From Longimicrobiales bacterium (lineage in GTDB: Bacteria > Gemmatimonadota > Gemmatimonadetes > Longimicrobiales > RSA9), in contig JBOHRE010000001.1 in NCBI GenBank assembly GCA_050732635.1, positions 5,017 to 69,016 of the forward strand: 64,000 nt of DNA, in the 5' to 3' direction. The translations under genes were made by a program, and so were the position numbers. Of this stretch, positions 60,436 through 64,000 are shown piece by piece; the stretch's first letter is position 1, and the number at the start of each line of letters is the position of its first letter. The notes under the pieces are model-generated. The model was not told the origin of the DNA and made no database searches. It saw only the letters and a program-made list of their open reading frames with translations.

Positions 60436-60969
60436 TTGGCGCTGGCTCTACTGGACCCATACGACACGTTGACGCCCGCGCCGCGGCAGGATCCGGCCGT
60501 GGTGCGGTCCGAGCCGTTCTCCCCAGGGAAAAACCGTTCCGGGGACCGCCAGCTCGTCCTCGTGATCGAGGACAACCCGCACGATTGGGAGATTTACGGC
60601 AAGATCCTGTGGTATAACGGCTACGACGTCCTTTACGCTTCGGAGGGACCGCGGGGCCTGAGTCTGGCACACGACAGCCGCCCCGATCTTGTCCTGCTCG
60701 ATCTGGCGCTGCCGGGTCTGGACGGTCTGGAGCTATGCCGGCAGCTGAAGGCGGACGAAGAAACGTCGCACGCTCATGTCGTCGCTCTCACGGCACGCGC
60801 GAAGCGCGAGTGCGAGAATGAGGCGATCGCGGCCGGCGTGGAGTACTACCTCGAGAAACCGATTGGCCCGATCGAGGTCCTGCGGGTCGTGGCTGATCTC
60901 ATCGGTCGCCCACCGCTTCCCGGAGAGGGCCGCCTGCCGAAGCTGGGGCCGCACATTCCGGAAAACTGA
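60436..60969 (+). CDS. stand-alone response regulator receiver (CheY-like) protein
   Basis: LVLVIEDNPHD, the LVLLDLALPGLDG phospho-acceptor Asp context and VVALTARA. The real start may be the GTG near 60499. Confidence 0.75.
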   Translation: MALALLDPYDTLTPAPRQDPAVVRSEPFSPGKNRSGDRQLVLVIEDNPHDWEIYGKILWYNGYDVLYASEGPRGLSLAHDSRPDLVLLDLALPGLDGLELCRQLKADEETSHAHVVALTARAKRECENEAIAAGVEYYLEKPIGPIEVLRVVADLIGRPPLPGEGRLPKLGPHIPEN

Positions 60970-61057
60970 GCATCGCTACATCCCATCCGCCGACCCGCTA
61001 CTCGGCGGGGGGGACTTGAAGCGGCGGGCCGCCACATTCGGCGGTCGCGCTCGGGAA

Positions 61058-61131
61058 TGCGCCCGGCAGGATTCGAACCTGCGGCCCCGAGTTTAGGAAA
61101 CTCGTGCTCTATCCGACTGAGCTACGGGCGC
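61058..61131 (-). tRNA. tRNA-Arg (anticodon CCU)
   Basis: Hand-folded cloverleaf. Acceptor stem GCGCCCG/CGGGCGC and D arm GCUC-AGUCGGAUA-GAGC. Anticodon arm CGAGU-UUCCUAA-ACUCG and T arm GCAGG-UUCGAAU-CCUGC. No CCA is encoded. Confidence 0.9.
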
Positions 61132-61244
61132 GACGTACGAGACGGCTCCGCACTCACCTGAGCTGCGGGGGTGTAACGCCTTAAGATAACGGACTTTGGC
61201 CCTGGCGCTCAAGGCGCCGCGACAGCCTGTCACGGAACCTCTTC

Positions 61245-61805
61245 TCAGTCATACACGAGGAGCGAGCGCACCGAGCGGCCCGTCAGCCGCTGCCGTCCAT
61301 TGAGGAAGCCTAGCTCCAGCAGGAACGCGAAACCAGCGACCGCTCCACCGAGCCGCTCGATCAGGCGCGCCGCGGCCTCCGCGGTGCCACCGGTGGCGAG
61401 TACATCATCGACGATCAGGACGCGATGCGACGATGCGATCGCGTCCACGTGCGCTTCGAGAAAGTCCTCCCCGTACTCCAGCGCATAGGCCTCGCGCATC
61501 GCTGTGAACGGCAGCTTACCGGGCTTGCGGATGGGAACGAAACCGAGCCCGAGTCGAAGCGCCACCGGCGCGCCGATGATGAAGCCGCGCGACTCGATGC
61601 CCACCACAATGTCGGGAGTGACGTCTGCCGCTGTGTCGGCCAGTGCATCGATGGCTGCGGCGAAGAGCATCGAATCCGCGAGCACGGGCGTGATGTCCTT
61701 GAAGAGGACGCCCGGCCGTGGGAAGTCCGGCACGTCGCGCACCGCCGCTCGCAGGCGATCGGCCACGGGCGCACCGGGCACCGACGTCGCTTCGGGGTCA
61801 GGCAC
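61245..61805 (-). CDS. apt: adenine phosphoribosyltransferase
   Basis: FPRPGVLFKDITP and the VLIVDDVLATGGTA PRPP motif are present. The start is the GTG at 61805 (187 aa); the longest ORF starts at 61841. Confidence 0.85.
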   Translation of the reverse strand: MPDPEATSVPGAPVADRLRAAVRDVPDFPRPGVLFKDITPVLADSMLFAAAIDALADTAADVTPDIVVGIESRGFIIGAPVALRLGLGFVPIRKPGKLPFTAMREAYALEYGEDFLEAHVDAIASSHRVLIVDDVLATGGTAEAAARLIERLGGAVAGFAFLLELGFLNGRQRLTGRSVRSLLVYD

Positions 61806-62343
61806 CCGAGTGCATGCGGCCGGCAAGGTATCCCGCCACAACGCCGGCGAGGATTGCCTCCAGGCGGTCGCTGCTCACCACCCGCTCGGCGAGCCCGTCC
61901 GCCCCCTGCTCGCGTACGACCCGTGCGAGCTCCTCGAGCTGTTTGGCCGCACGCTGCGCATCCGCGGCGGCCTCCTTGCCAGCCGCCGCCGCGCGACCCG
62001 CGTCGCCAGCCGCCGAGCCCCGAGCCTCGTCCGGAATGAAAAAGGCATCTTCGGGAAAGGTCGCGGCTTCGGCCTCGACCGCCTTCCCTCCGGCGGGTTC
62101 TGACGGCAGCTGAACGATGTCGTCGAGAAGCAGTTCTTCGACCTGCGTCGCCCCGCCCGCGGCGTCCCACGGAAAGTCGCCGTCCTCGCCAGGCGTGGGC
62201 CCACCAGCCTGCCCGCTGCCAGGACCTGAGCCGGACGTGCCGCCGGGTGTCGACTGATGTGCCCCGCTACTGCCTTTTTGAACCGACCGCCCGCTGCCGG
62301 GGAAGAACGGTGGCGCGATCGGTTCCCGCGGCTCACCCGCCAT
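61798..62343 (-). CDS. hypothetical protein: Gly/Pro-rich N-terminus, acidic middle, amphipathic C-terminal helix
   Basis: The ORF has codon usage like its neighbours and overlaps the apt start by 8 nt. I recognise no family. Confidence 0.35.
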   Translation of the reverse strand: MAGEPREPIAPPFFPGSGRSVQKGSSGAHQSTPGGTSGSGPGSGQAGGPTPGEDGDFPWDAAGGATQVEELLLDDIVQLPSEPAGGKAVEAEAATFPEDAFFIPDEARGSAAGDAGRAAAAGKEAAADAQRAAKQLEELARVVREQGADGLAERVVSSDRLEAILAGVVAGYLAGRMHSGA

Positions 62344-62428
62344 ACGATGCTCCTTCGCCAGTGACGACTCGGGGATCATCAGTGTCCGGAAAATAGGCCG
62401 CCCGCACCGCCTGCGGAAGGGCGACCAC

Positions 62429-63064
62429 TCAGAGGAACAACTTGATCGCGGCGAAGCCGAGGACGATCAGGATCAGAAACGTCCAGGCGAGCCGATCGAA
62501 GTAGCGGTCGATGAACGCCTGGATACCGGCTCCAAAGAAGCGGATCAATGCGCCCACGAGGAAGAATCGGGCACTGCGACTGGTGATACTGGCCACCAGG
62601 AAGACTAGGAACGGGACTTGGAACACGCCGGCGGAGAGCGTGAACACCTTGTAGGGCAGAGGCGTGAAGCCTGCGAGGAAGACGGCCAGGAACTCGTAGC
62701 GCTCGTAGAGCTGCTGCACGTGCTCGAAGCTTGCCGGTGTCACACCGGGCACGTAGGCGAAGAAGAAGGTGTCGACTGCGGACCAGAAGCCCCAGCCGAT
62801 GAGGTAGCCCACGGCGCCGCCGATCACCGACCCGGCACTGCAGATCAACGCGAATCGGAACGCCTTGAGTGGGTTACCGATCGCCAGCGCGATCAGCAGC
62901 GGGTCCGGCGGAATCGGGAAGAATGACGACTCGGCAAAGGCGAGCAGGAAGAGCGCAAGCGCTCCGTACGGCGTGTAAGCCCAGGAGAGCACCCAGTCGT
63001 AAAGCCGCCGTAGGACGCCGGGCCGCGCGTGCTGTTGCGGTTCGGATGACTCCACGAGATTCAC
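62429..63064 (-). CDS. YqaA/DedA-type (VTT domain) membrane protein
   Basis: Polytopic protein with ESSFFPIPPDPLL and PYKVFTLSAG motifs typical of YqaA. Confidence 0.7.
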   Translation of the reverse strand: MNLVESSEPQQHARPGVLRRLYDWVLSWAYTPYGALALFLLAFAESSFFPIPPDPLLIALAIGNPLKAFRFALICSAGSVIGGAVGYLIGWGFWSAVDTFFFAYVPGVTPASFEHVQQLYERYEFLAVFLAGFTPLPYKVFTLSAGVFQVPFLVFLVASITSRSARFFLVGALIRFFGAGIQAFIDRYFDRLAWTFLILIVLGFAAIKLFL

Positions 63065-63711
63065 TCACTCCATCCATAGCGTCCGAGTAGCGGCACGAAT
63101 GTGCAGCGGGTCACCACCTCATGCACATAGTCGTCGGCCGTGCGACGGATCAGCGTCAACTCCTGTTCCTGCCGCGAGCCCAGCGGGATCAGCAGGCGGC
63201 CGCCCGGGGCGAGCTGATGCAGCAGCGCCGGCGGCACGTTCGGTGCCCCGGCCGCGACCAGAATCGCGTCGTAGGGCGCATACCGCGACCAGCCGATGGT
63301 GCCATCGCCGACGAGCAACGCCGCGTTCGCGATCCGCAGGACGTCCAGCGCCGACCGCGCGGCGCTGGAAAGCGCGCGGATCCGCTCAACGGAATACACC
63401 TGATGCGCGGCCGTCGCGAGCAAAGCCGTCTGGTACCCTGTGCCGGTGCCGATCTCGAGCACGCGGTCGGTTGGCCGCAGCTCGAGGTGCTTCAGATACA
63501 GCGCCTGCAGCGATGGCTGGGAGGCCGTCTGCCCCAGGCCGATCGGCAGGGCCGCGTCTTCATAGGCACGATGATGCACGGCCGCCGGCAGGAAAACATG
63601 ACGAGGAACCTGATCGAACAGATTGAGGATCGCGAGATCGTCGATCCCCTTGTCTCGGATCGTCTCGATCAATTGCCGGCGCTGAGCCTCGAAATACCGA
63701 TCCCTCACCAC
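63061..63711 (-). CDS. pcm: protein-L-isoaspartate O-methyltransferase
   Basis: GQTASQPS, VLEIGTGTGYQTALLA and GGRLLIPLG motifs. The GTG start overlaps the surE stop. Confidence 0.9.
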   Translation of the reverse strand: MVRDRYFEAQRRQLIETIRDKGIDDLAILNLFDQVPRHVFLPAAVHHRAYEDAALPIGLGQTASQPSLQALYLKHLELRPTDRVLEIGTGTGYQTALLATAAHQVYSVERIRALSSAARSALDVLRIANAALLVGDGTIGWSRYAPYDAILVAAGAPNVPPALLHQLAPGGRLLIPLGSRQEQELTLIRRTADDYVHEVVTRCTFVPLLGRYGWSE

Positions 63712-64000
63712 CCGAGTTCCCAGCCCTGTAGGTCGCGGATCAACCCGTAGTTCGTCAGGTCCAGGTGCAGAGGTGTGACCGAGACGTAGCCCTCCTCGAT
63801 CGCGCGAAAGTCCGAGCTCTCAGCGCCCCACCAGCGGCTTTCGCCGCCGCCGATCCAGAAATACTCGCGGCCGCTCGGGTCCATCGCGCGCGTGAGGGAG
63901 TCGATGTACGCGCGCCGACCCAGCGTCGTGACCCTTACGCCCTGCGACTGCGTCGGCGGCAGCGGCGGTAGGTTGATATTGATCAGTGTATCCGGCGGGA
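63705..64000 (-). CDS. surE: 5-prime/3-prime-nucleotidase SurE (C-terminal part; the start lies beyond the window)
   Basis: Hand translation gives ...LININLPP...DPSGREYFWIGG...SDFRAIEEGYVSVTPLHLDLT... The surE-pcm order is conserved. Confidence 0.8.
   Translation of the reverse strand, partial: PPDTLININLPPLPPTQSQGVRVTTLGRRAYIDSLTRAMDPSGREYFWIGGGESRWWGAESSDFRAIEEGYVSVTPLHLDLTNYGLIRDLQGWELGW

Noticed and set aside
60969-61131. tRNA-Arg(CCU) as an integration site of a genomic island.
   Set aside because: There is no integrase, no obvious direct repeat of the tRNA 3-prime end, and the flanking genes (response regulator, apt) look chromosomal.

Overview
This is a visibly very GC-rich bacterial chromosomal window from a diderm organism. 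Its gene content (futalosine-route menaquinone genes, a GWxTD-like protein, TamAB, Ccm system I, LigD) resembles Gemmatimonadota-like lineages, but that placement is inference only.

About 65 genes are packed tightly and many junctions overlap by 4 nt (ATGA/GTGA). The core blocks are:
- ndk, then the yceD-rpmF-plsX-fabH-fabD-fabG-acpP-fabF lipid operon.
- Two radical-SAM menaquinone genes (MqnE-like, MqnC-like), then ispF, a DedA protein and xerD.
- trpG/pabA.
- A complete Kdo/LPS-export/sigma-54 supercluster: kdsB-pyrG-kdsA-kdsC-kdsD-lptC-lptA-lptB-rpoN.
- A glycosyltransferase, polyprenyl-phosphate-sugar and acyltransferase cluster (27.8-37.8 kb).
- ligD, tamA-tamB, a family-4 uracil-DNA glycosylase.
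- One long minus-strand operon: TPM-NTase-LemA-ccmABCDEFGH-lgt.
- tRNA-Arg(CCU), apt, pcm and the 3-prime end of surE.

No rRNA, CRISPR array, transposase, phage integrase or recognisable defence island was seen.

The observations most worth a second look are:
1. A 28-bp dif-like XerCD site at 37923-37950. A hand-counted polarity flip of GGGNAGGG motifs around it suggests the replication terminus lies in this window.
2. The only two minus-strand interruptions in the first 27 kb are each bracketed by short-period tandem arrays. (GGTGGTT)n arrays flank vapBC plus an SGNH-like lipoprotein gene. (CCCCAG/CCCGAG)n arrays flank an M28 peptidase gene.
3. A PIM-like glycolipid or extracytoplasmic glycosylation gene set with a YfhO-type enzyme.
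4. LptB carries a roughly 150-aa N-terminal extension that I could not match to any family.
5. A terminator-containing leader lies in front of the 13-gene TPM/LemA/ccm operon.

I cannot claim a clearly novel multi-gene system. These are hypotheses that need computation or experiment. All start codons are approximate, because the ORF track gives longest ORFs.
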